Source of the DNA: Phoronis australis
Taxonomy: Eukaryota > Animalia > Phoronida
Direction: 5' to 3'
Assembly: GCA_002633005.1 (NCBI GenBank)
Contig: NMRA01000697.1
Coordinates: forward strand, 124,038-188,037
Length of the DNA stretch: 64,000 bases
The position numbers and the translations under genes are program-made. The notes under the pieces were generated by a model, which saw only the letters and a list, made by a program, of their open reading frames with translations, searched no databases and was not told the origin of the DNA. This document shows, piece after piece, positions 53,701 through 64,000 of the stretch. Position 1 is the first letter of the stretch. Each line of letters starts with the position of its first letter.

Positions 53701-55857
53701 ATAAGTAAGGCGGCTTGATACTGTAATTTCTCCAAATGTTGGAGTGCACCCGTATTGGCAGACTGATATATAATATCACAATAATCATTGTGTGGAAGTA
53801 TAAAATATTTGAACAAAACTTCTAAATGTGTAGAATTTAGATGACGAGAGACAAGCTTAAGTGGGTTAATTAGTTCCTGAGTTTTTTGTACGAGCTCCCG
53901 AACGTTAGGGGTGAATGAGAGTTCCAGATGTCTGTGCGACTGTTTTTAGGGATGATTTTATCATTAAGTTTAAGGTCATAAGACGGGTCAACAAGGAAGA
54001 GAGCATTAATAGATTTGGAGAAGGTGAGGTCAACGCTTTTTTCTGGTTAAAAATTCATTCTCCATTCTTGTGACCAATAGCTGAGCTTATTTAAGTCATG
54101 TTGAAGCTGCAAAGAACATTCAGGGCTGCTCCCTGCGAAGGAGTAAAAAAGCGCCGTGTCATCTGCATAAAAGTATGTGCTACATGACAGGTAATCAGGA
54201 AGATCATTAATGTAAACCAAGAAGAGAATAGGGCCCAATACGCTACCCTGCGGTACACCTGCGTCTACAAATCCAGGAGGGGATAAAGTTGAAAGTACGC
54301 CGTCGACACGAACACTGTATGTTCTTTCGGAAAGATATGGGGTGATCATGTTAAAAATATTACCAGTAATGCCATAGGACCGAAGTTTGTGAAGTAGAAG
54401 GTCTTGAGGGACACAGTCTAAAGCAGAAGCTATATCAATAAAAATAGACACGACACTCTCGCCCTTCTCAAAATGTAAATAAATCTCATGTACTATTTCA
54501 ACAAGTTGTGCCACGGTTCTGTTCCCACGCAAAAAAAACAAATTGACGATGATCAAGTTGTTTTGTTTGAGAAATGTAAGAATACTTTGAGCAATGATCT
54601 TCTCAAAGATTTTGACAGGGTGTTAAGTAATGTTATTGGGCGATAATTTGAAATTTCAGTTTTGGAGTCTTTTTGTGTATAGGGACCATAATTCCTTGTT
54701 TCCGAGAAGACTGATATATACCTAGCTGAAGAAGTTTGTTAAACAGATTGGCCAGGGGCATGGTAATTTCATTGGCAATCATTTTGAACATCTTGCTGGT
54801 TATTAAAGCTGTGCCATCATTCTTATTGGGGTCAATTTCATTGAGATTCTTCCGGACATCAGTTTGATTAGCCGGGATGTCAGACAGTTGATTGAGACAA
54901 CGTTCACGAAGAAAGGGAAAGTTAGCTACTTCAGTTGGTGTAATGTGGCTTTTTGTTGGTGAAAAATTTGAGAAACAGATCACACTCGTCACTACTACTT
55001 GAGGCTAGGTTACCATTATGGTTGAATGCAGGATAAGAGGATTGTTGTTGACTGCCGCGTATTTTATTGATGATGTTCCAATATTCTTTGGAGTTCTTGC
55101 TTGGGCTGTTAATTTGTTGAAAAAGCTTGTGACGGTTATCAGCTTTGGCTTGATTTACTAAAGTTTCAACCATACGTGACTGCTCCTTGTATCTGTTGTA
55201 GATTATAGCGTTGTTAGATCTTCTGAAAGAGCTGTAAAGTCTGTTTCTTTTGCGGATTGCCAGTTTAACATTATTGTTGAACCACGGTTTGGCTGTTGTG
55301 TTTAATTATCTTTTCAGTTGATGGGATGTTGTTTTTTTACAATTTCATAGAGAGTACTAGTGAATAGTGAAACAGTGTCATCAATGTCGCCAGTGTCCAA
55401 TATGGAATCGCAGTCAGTGTTGGTGATATCCTGGCGTAATTTATCGGTGTAGACTTGATCATATTTCCAATTGGTTCGTGTGGCGTGTTGTTCTTTAACC
55501 GTTTTTTTTAGGTGTTAGAGTGGTTTCGATTGTGTGGTGATCAGAATTGCCAACATGATGTAGTACAGAACATGAGTCAATGATACTCAAATTGTTTGTT
55601 ATGCAGATATCAATACATGAATAAGAAACGTCGGTGATACGGGTTGGCTCATTAATTAGCTGTATGCAGTCATTAGACAATAAGATATCAAACAATTGTA
55701 GTCCGGCCGTATTGTCATGATCATCATTGTACCATGTAGAGTTTCGGGCATTGAAATCACCATTTATGATCATACTTACGCTATTGCAGTTAAGTTCCGC
55801 TAACTGATCGGCTAGGGCTTTGAAGTAGAGTTTTCTTTCAGTTGGAGATTGAGAAGG
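47765..55857 (-). mobile_element. CR1/L2-group LINE (EN plus RT, 5'-truncated) with its 3' UTR split by a nested DNA transposon
   Basis: IINGDFNARN..IDICITN..SDHH; GVPQGSVLGPILFLVYIND, FYADD; C-terminal CKCG..FFKCP. 3' UTR at 47765-47906 plus 52875-52965. Empty site at 19425-19445 (aatatttgttattgttcatg). Confidence 0.9.
47907..52874. mobile_element. ~5 kb TTAA-flanked TIR DNA transposon (possibly Kolobok-like), decayed
   Basis: TTAA at 47903-47906 and 52875-52878; termini GTACTAGTCCACG / CGTGGACTGATAC; subterminal IR gcggcaaggtgggggtcagcc. Removing it restores the LINE UTR seen intact at 63830-63860. Confidence 0.75.
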
Positions 55858-56682
55858 TGTTATTGTTCATGCATAAGCTCGATATTATAAATATCAAGGT
55901 ACCTGGACTTCCCTTCTCGCGCACGCCTCGCATCTGCTCGCACACAGATCTCTTCTTTCACGCACGCTATTCACGTGGATGCATATTCCTCTTCCCCCAC
56001 AATGTTTTGCGTCTCCATGGCATAACGTATTTCTTTGCTGGTACACGGACCAACGTTTCTCCAGCACATTATTCCATGCCCACGAAAGCTATTCTACACT
56101 TTCGCAATCCATCCCCTTCTCTCGGTCCACTCCGCTCGAAAGGCATGGCTTCTAACATACTTCTGAGACGGCTTCAGAATCACGAATGATAAAATAATCC
56201 TAGGGCAATGTAGAGCTGCTGGCAAGTGCCCTACGGACGCGTGACATTGCACTGCAGAATCGAAAAGAGTGTTATGGTGTTCCAGAAATACGCATATTCC
56301 TTCTAATTGATTAGTTCGAGATGTAAAGTTGGATATGAAGAATGTAACTTCCAGTTGCAAGAGGAGCAACACAAAATGATTTGGGTGCGTAATAATTTGG
56401 CATAGTATCAATGCCAAGAAATCACGCGTTTTAAAGATTTGACTAGCGAAAGTGCACATCTTAGCAAGGAATTTTTGGATTGTTCTTATACCCCTTCGAA
56501 CTCCACTTCCCACGACCCCCTCGAACNNNNNNNNNCGACCCACGACCCACTGGACCCTCGAACCACGAACCCCTCGACCCACGACCCCCTCGACCCTCGA
56601 CCCTCGACCTCCTCGACCCACAGCCTGCAACACCATCGACCCAGTATACGCCATTTCCACTACACAATGTATCTGAACATAA

Positions 56683-57510
56683 ACAAGAGCAACGCGGAGC
56701 GTTGAAATGCGCCCAGGAATGCATTGCAAACGGTGTGCTTCTAGGGTGTTTATTTGTATCATAAAAATGGCCAATAGATAGTGCAAAATATTTCGAATCC
56801 ATCAAAAAACTGGAAAATGTCACCGTTTTTAACAGAAAGCTATTTACGACATTTCATGAAATTCCGTCAAGATACTTAAGCAAAAGGGAAAAAAATGAAA
56901 TTGCCACTAGGGGACAAAGGTTCATCGGATCCGTCTGAAAGTTATCGTCTTCTGTTGTCAACGTCATATACCGTTAAATACAATTGCTAAATTTAATAAA
57001 AATTCTGAAGAAGGCTTAGGAGATACATCCATGGGCGCAAAAACTGCCACTAGGAGGCGTCACAGTAGTCGAAGTCTTCGGAAACCGTCCTCTTCATAGT
57101 AAGAACATATATCTCAATTTTCACAGTTATCCTTAGAATGGTTCGGTTGATGGAGGGACAGACGCCAAAACAAAACTCACAAACAGTAGAAATGGCCACT
57201 AGGTGGCGCAAAATACCGCGAATCCACCCGAAAATGGGAGGATAGCGTCACCTTATTAATAAATGCCTATGTGCCGAATTTCATGAAAATCGGTTGACGA
57301 CCTTTTGAAGATACAGAGGCAAACGTAAAACTAAAATTGTCACATGGGGGCACAGCGGTATTTGGTTCGGTCCGAAACTCGTCGCCCTCTGTCGTCAACC
57401 CCATAGGAACACACCTGACAAATTTCAATAAGATCCTGAAGGGCGTTTAGGAGATACAGCCGCGGACCCCCATACAGAGATGACGGCAATATGCACCCAC
57501 ATACAAATAT
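56683..57510. mobile_element. Helentron-associated-like non-autonomous element with internal degenerate tandem repeats
   Basis: Absent from the duplicate at about 20195 (an A-run); starts AACAAGAG; repeated gccactagg and aatttca motifs. Family call is inference. Confidence 0.5.
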
Positions 57511-58059
57511 GAGCGTTAACTTGATGGGACGACAAGTCGGGCCGTGAACTCGGCTGGCTTTTTCCTGTTTTTTTTGTAAATAAGAGAGTCAGAGTAGTAG
57601 AACAGGACCATTTGTACCCGCTCGTGGAACTGTTTCCGTGGCAACGTTAGCACGCTCACAATTCACTATTTCAGATAATATTCTTATGCCACTTTCTGTT
57701 TTTAACCACAAGACTTGAGCCAGTGCAGACCCGCGTGTAGGTAAGTCTTATGGGAAAGTCATTCACCGACGTTGTGGCTCGAGGGGGCCGTTGGTCGAGG
57801 TGGTGGAGGAGTGCAGGGGTCGAGGGGGCCTTAGAACAATCCAATTTTTTTAATTAGGCGAATAAGTAACAAGAGAACTGAGTCTCAACAAAATACGAGG
57901 TCGTTGAAAACGTTCTCGGCCTCACCCAGAGAACAATTATTTCAAGATATTCTCGCTGTTCCGTCGTACGTGCACGAAGCCCTCATATGGTGGCTCCTGC
58001 ATATCTTTCACACAGTACCTATGGCGTCGTCATCACTACAGTTAGGGTTATCATGCAGG

Positions 58060-58700
58060 TAGAATTCCTATTTATAAAAGTCTGAAGTAGTTGGATTTGG
58101 GAAGAAGAAGCATACGCAAAGTTCACACTACGTTTGGATGCTTCGGCCTTCAGTGCTGTGTGAGTAGGCGAATTTGTTCTTTCGAAGCAACAACATTCCA
58201 GCTTGTTGTTTTCCTCACGTTTTCTTGGATTGCCTCATTTGATGAGTAGAAGTTCCCAGAAAGTTTGCCCCTTTTGGAATTGCCATTGTGTTCCTTCGCG
58301 GTCCGGACAGACATAATCAATCATTTTCCCAAAACAGCATGTTTGGCTTTGGCTTTTTGATTCAGGATCAAAGTAATAGACCCATGCCTCGTCTTGTGAC
58401 ACAACTCTGTTGAAGAAGTTTTCTGGATCAGACTGAAAACGAGTTAAAAGAGTCTTTGAAACCTAAAGGTTGCTTAACATTGTGGACACCCATCTTGCAC
58501 TCAGTTTGCTAATGCCCAAGATGTCGGCAAGCATTGATTCAGCGCTAACGCTTGTGGTTTCTGCGATATGATGAACGGTCAAACTGATTGTATCCGTAAA
58601 ATGACATAGAACGTTAAAACATTTTGAATTGCATTGTTCAACGTAGTTTTCTACCACTGAAACACAATTCAAAACTGTTCACCAGGTATTTTTACAGTTT
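58060..58700 (-). mobile_element. Mariner transposase remnant
   Basis: LGISKLSARWV, FFNRVVSQDEAWVYYFDPESK and NSPTHTA match the mariner WVP, GDETW..YDPE and DNAPAH motifs; a partial copy lies at 45830-45995. Confidence 0.8.
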
Positions 58701-59199
58701 CTAAATAAAAGTTTTGAATTTCTGTTGATGTCAAAGCATTTTCCTTTAGTTTCTAATTTCAAAAATGAACCTTTCAGCTGCTCGTCACTTCGTCGATTTT
58801 TACCACACGGCAAAGCACGCCTCCTTATTTGGTATGTCAAGAAGTAGACCTAGCTTGTTTTCCTTATACGGAAAATGTGACCTTTGGTCTTTGATGTAAA
58901 TAAAAAAGGCGATTTTAAGCAGCAGCCAGTCGACTTCTTTGAACGCATGCGTGCATGTGTATTATTAGGAGGCGAGAACTTGAAAACTATATTGGGATGA
59001 AAGATTTTTTCTATTTTTTGTGTTTCAAAAATAGCGAATCTGACCAGTTTTTCAAGAATTTCTTGCAAAGTTTGCCTTTCTCCTCTCAGCTGGAATGTTT
59101 AGTAGTTTGTTTTTCCGACGGCTTTTGGACCCAAATTGTACAATTCTTTCCAAAGAGTTTACTAATCCTTTGTGTATGCTTTCCCTAGTGGAACTAATT

Positions 59200-60050
59200 T
59201 TTCTCTACGAAATTTAATTTTTAAAGTTTTATACTTCTATCAAATTCGAAACTGGCCTTTACATAATTGGTTGAATATTTTTACGCTCGCTTTCTTTCGT
59301 TTTTTCTTTAGGTAAATGTTTCTTTATCGGCCGTTGAATTTCACAAATGTAACTCGTCGATTTCTTATAACACTGATACATTTTTAGTGTTTAGTTTACA
59401 GTTCAAATTGCATTTCCAAAAATTGACATTTCGTTGTAAATTAGACTGTATATTTTATCACATGAATCATAAATGTCATTCTGCAAGTTCGCTGGATGAT
59501 TAAATTGCTCAATTGCATCTAATAGCTTGACCAAATTCACATTATTCATAAAACCCCTGGGAATTGAGTTGAGATTATCTCGCCGTTTTAGTGAGAAGTC
59601 ATCTGATCTCATAGCACTAGTCCTAGTTCCAAATTGGCTGCTACAAAACACAACTGGAATATTATCACATAAATCAGAAGTAAGTACACTGTGGTCCGGA
59701 ACTTCAGATAAATCTTTTTGCAAGTTAAGTTGTTTGATCATTTCTGTACAAGTTATAACGTGATCAATTTTACAGCTTTCTAAGGACAGGTGAGGCATCA
59801 TAAAGTTATCCGCAACAGCTCGATCTCACTGTGACTCACTGATGTATAATTAGTTTTTGCCTTGTCTATCCTACCATTCACAATACAGCATTTGTTTTTC
59901 GTAAGGTCAATTACATCCCTTCTTGCTAGAACTTTGTCAATGCCAACAAATGACACAACTTGGGATTATAGAAGTCTTCCGAATCACTACCCCTTGTTGA
60001 GGTATCGGGGCAGCAAAGTCTCGATCGACACTTTCTTCCAAACGGTCTAC
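59200..60050 (-). mobile_element. RTEX-like LINE endonuclease fragment
   Basis: CIVNGR..PDHSVL motifs comparable to 33600-33900. Confidence 0.55.
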
Positions 60051-60784
60051 GATACCTAAGTCTGAATCCTGAGTGACCATATACCTACCAGTGGGCTTGG
60101 GTGGATATATAATTCTCACCATTGTATTTACATTCCCCACGAGGGTTGCGTGGAACTAATTATTGAGCGGATCTGACATGCTTCTATTTGCTATGACAAT
60201 TTAGCCACGCTGTTTCAAAGCGGCTATTCAATTTTAATCGCATTTTTGATATTTTATATATGACTATCCAGCCCAAACTGAACTATCGATTACATAATGA
60301 GTCACGTGACACGTCAGTAGCCTGCCAAAGTCCTCGAGATGAGGACGCAACGTAGCTAACTCAACCCGTAAGTCCGGTATTTTTTCATACTAGAACCCCT
60401 TGTTAATAACGTCTATTGCTGAGTTTACGATGGTTTTTTGTTGGTTGCAGTTAACAATTTATCATGTCGACCGTTCGTTAAATATACAGTGTCAACATAT
60501 AGCAAGTTCTAATTTCTTTTAATTCATAAAATTTTCATTGCTCATCTCCTATGTTCTGACAATTCTGATCACTGCTATGACACAACTTTCAAATATGTGA
60601 TGCACGAACGAGCCCACTGCCGTTTAAATGCTGCAATCCATTATTAATAATATGTGGCCTTCCAAAATGTTTAATATATAGAGTGTATAGGCGAACTACA
60701 ACCAAACTGAGTATTCACGGTCGTTGCTTGAGTTCTAGACGTTGAAGCATATTATACATGTAGGCCAATTTTTATCTTGACAAA

Positions 60785-60854
60785 ATGAAGAAGTTTCTAT
60801 TGGGATTGAAATGGGGTTTATTGGTAAAACTTGCATCACTGTTTTGTGCTGTTG
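60785..60854 (+). CDS. Gene 3 exon 1: signal peptide, phase-1 donor
   Basis: MKKFLLGLKWGLLVKLASLFCAV+G|gtaagt; paralog of 21214-21283. Downstream exons are presumably beyond the window. Confidence 0.78.
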
Positions 60855-62144
60855 GTAAGTATGGCTACATGTAAAGGTAGTTTTTGTTTATTATTTACAG
60901 GTAAACATGTCTACTCCTATTGTAAACGATCCCTTGGGTGAGTGGCAGGCAGAATAAAAATGTGCTGTGACTACGGAAATATTTCATCAGTGAATACAGA
61001 GGTCTGACACAAACTTTATTTACCTTTTAGTTTTGTCTACCTTTTGTGATTTCTAATTTGGTCCTTGCCTGCTTAAAATCATCAAGCCACAGTGAGTACT
61101 CTGAACATTTTTTCATATTTGCATTTGCGCAATTTCTTTCAAGGGATTAAATAGGTTTCAAGGCCGAAAACTCCATTTTTGAATTGCTATTGGACGCGAT
61201 AAAGTTATGAGTTGTAACCGGAGCTATAAAAAACAAAATCCGTTGTATTTTGTGACTTTATCTCAAATCTTCAAATTATTCCCGTTATCTGCCAGACATT
61301 TTGAAGTATCTGAAATCAAATCTCGGGTATTTGCCATTTAAATACGATCAAATTACTGGGTTACCTGGTATTTGTCAGTGGCAGAATGATAGGCGCCAAC
61401 CACGGAGGTAGTGAGTGTTATTTGACATGACTGCTAATTCCTTTAAACTTACTATAAAAATTCTCCGCTCAAAATAAGATTGAAATTGTCCAAGATACTT
61501 CGATCCAATGATCGTCAATTTACGTATGACGTTATTGCGTACATTGGCACTCTGCAATTACGATATCGTCCACTCAGAACACCGCAGGTATTTTCATAGT
61601 CTCAAATTTCCCTAGAAGATACATATTGTCTGCGCATTTCTGAACTTCAGTCATGTGAATATTCACTGTCCAACTTGTGACTTCTCGCACATGTGTGCGC
61701 AAATAACGTTCTGCTAAATACAAGGAGAAATTGGAGGTTATGGAAATACCAGAGATGTTCCTAATCAATAAAGTCATACGGAGTTGAAAAATATTGTATC
61801 TTATGAGCGCGCTGGTGAGTGCCACCTATTTAATTTTGAAGCTATTTTTGCGTCACATAAGATAGCGCAATTTGATCTCAAAGCGCGCCAATTTCAGAAC
61901 CATGGTTGCCACACTGCATTTTATAAGATGGCAATTATTGTATGTTATTGAGATTGGGAAAAAGCTTAGTTGAGCTGAGTAAACTAAGATGGGAATTTCT
62001 TCTTTAATAAATTCGAGTGTATCGTTTTATTAAGAATTTAGCTCATACATAATGTGTACTTTCGCGTCTATACCTATTTCCATGTTTAGTAAGACGTCAT
62101 AGCAAAATTTGATGTCGTATGCTATTACTTACAAGATGAGTGTA

Positions 62145-63710
62145 GTAAAAACTAGAACGCAATTGCGTATGCGCACTTAAAACTCTGCGCGTGGTGTATG
62201 CATGTGCATAGTGAAGTATATGGGCATTACATTGCATAGAAGTTGCATCCTTTGCGTGAAAGAGAGAGATGTCCATGGTAACTATGAAAGAGCAAGAGTG
62301 AAAACTGCACCTAATGACCACACAGTTGCACCTAATGACCCCAAAATTTGTGACTGAATGTTCTTTACGAATGAGAACTATATACGTGATTATGTAAGGT
62401 TTACCTCAAAAATCACTTTTGCACTTAATGACCTTTGACCCGGAAACTCGGTACCCTTGATCCGATTTAAATTCCACTTAATTTCGGATGCGGATCTGTA
62501 GTGCCTGCTTGTTATCAAAATTCGGAGAGTCTATTTGAAAACCTGTAGAAGAAAAAGCAATTTGACAGAATGCACTCCTTTACCCGTTACGGGTCATTCC
62601 AGTGCATTTTGAGTCAAACCCATGTGATCAATAGAATTTGATCGGTAGTTGGTTGAACTACCATGAGTACAAACGCTCTCACTAATGCATCGTGTAAGTG
62701 TACAAGCTGATTGAAAAAGTCTCAGATTTAACAGAAAACTGCACTTAATGACCCCAAAGTTTGTGACTGAATTTCCTTTATGGATGTTAATCATATGAAA
62801 GATCTAGTTCAAAAATCACTTTTGCACTTAATGACCTTTGACCAGGAAACTCGGTTCCCTTCATCCGATTTGAATTCCAAGTAATCATTGGATGCAGGTC
62901 TCTAGTGCATACTTGTTAACAAAATTCGAAGAGTCTATCTAAAAACTTGTAGAATGAGAAGCATTATGACTGAATGCACTCCCTGACCCATTTCGGGTCA
63001 TTCATTTTAGGTTAAAACTATATCATCAATAGAAATCCCTTGATTATCAACCTCAATGAATATGATTGTTGTTAATGAATAGATGTAAGAGTAATATTAA
63101 TCTGAAAAGAAAGGGAGAATATGAATAAGAACTAGAAAGATTATTGTCACGGCGTGACAATAATGGACTCTGCGCGTGTGTATTAAACGAATTGTTATGG
63201 GAAGTTACTGACAGCAACCCGTTAACCAGTTTGAAAAGGAATTCCTCAAAATTGTAGGAAAAATAACATGTTAATATTTTGATGAACTTCCCATTAATTG
63301 ACCTCTTCCGGTGCATTATGAGCCCGATGAGGGAATAATTGTAAACTGGATTAAAAGCGTGGTTAATGCTAAGAATAACAGATGTTTTACTTTAAGCACT
63401 TCAAAATACAAGGTGAATGAATTGGTCAAACTTTCTGAGAAAAATGCACCTAATGACCCCATGAATGCACCAAATGACCTGAAAACATAGAATTCAAACT
63501 CAATTGCATTTATTAAACAGATATGTAATTTTGAAGTCTCAAGCTGAAAATTTTAGTTTGCACTCAAGGACCTTCGACCTATTTTTTCTGATTGGATAGG
63601 CCTATTGCGTAGTAAAGTAGGGTGTTCAACTTCCATGTTCGCTTACATCAGCGTGCTGAAAGTGAAAAGAAGTCCTTGAAAAATGTAGGATATCACATTT
63701 TTTTCACTGT
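62145..63710. mobile_element. Tandem-repeat-containing non-autonomous element (Helentron-associated-like)
   Basis: Begins aactagaacg; units 62300-62640 and 62735-63035 share gcac(c/t)taatgacc motifs; interrupts the duplicated intron 1. Family call is inference. Confidence 0.5.
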
Positions 63711-64000
63711 GATATATATTTATTGAAGGATACACAGAACATACAAAGAAATAATAACAAACCCAGAAACCGCGAAGCATTATATCTGGGTTGTAAACAA
63801 TTCATAAATGAAACTTATATACATAGAGGTATATACAATCAAGTAGTATCTAAAATAAGTATTCCAATACTTAGACATGCTATTACAGATATGTAAAAAC
63901 AAAAATATGTACAGATTCATGTAGGGAAATCAGATGCAACAATATTGATAAACGGTACATAAAAATTTGCTAACGTTGCTTAGGAGGAATTCGTTGAGAA
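63710..64000 (-). mobile_element. 3' end of a CR1/L2-group LINE (same family as 47765-55857), running off the window
   Basis: Matches 47774-47906 plus 52879-53037 without the nested insertion. Confidence 0.88.

Larger units (their letters stand above)
46365..62115 (+). repeat. Segmental duplication copy 2, expanded by insertions (upstream region, exon 1 and intron 1 of gene 3)
   Basis: Collinear blocks match 18520-22510 and are separated by insertions. Confidence 0.85.

Noticed and set aside
62300-63480. Spaced gcac(c/t)taatgacc repeats as a CRISPR-like array
   Set aside because: Eukaryotic context, irregular spacing, spacers that are themselves duplicated, and no cas genes.

Overview
Eukaryotic draft-scaffold DNA (AT-rich, GT-AG introns, N gaps); the repeat families and kringle genes point to an invertebrate animal (inference). 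The host content is a + strand tandem family of secreted proteins built as signal peptide - n x kringle - C-terminal PAN/apple-like domain, with no protease domain in the window. It comprises the 3' end of gene 1 (exons 694-930, 3735-3971, 4911-5230), a complete gene 2 (21214-21283, 23690-23920, 24760-24999, 26977-27213, 40403-40677/40758, with an in-frame TGA in the last exon) and the first exon of gene 3 (60785-60854). Each kringle is a single phase 1-1 exon, and two subtypes (A and B) alternate. Genes 2 and 3 share a segmentally duplicated upstream, promoter and intron-1 block. Most of the rest is decayed, nested transposons: L1/Tx1, RTEX-like and CR1/L2-group LINEs, a Gypsy element with both LTRs, PBS and TSD, Ngaro/DIRS and mariner remnants, a TTAA-flanked DNA transposon, MITEs and Helentron-like repeats. 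All alignments and family calls were made by eye, and boundaries of decayed elements are approximate.
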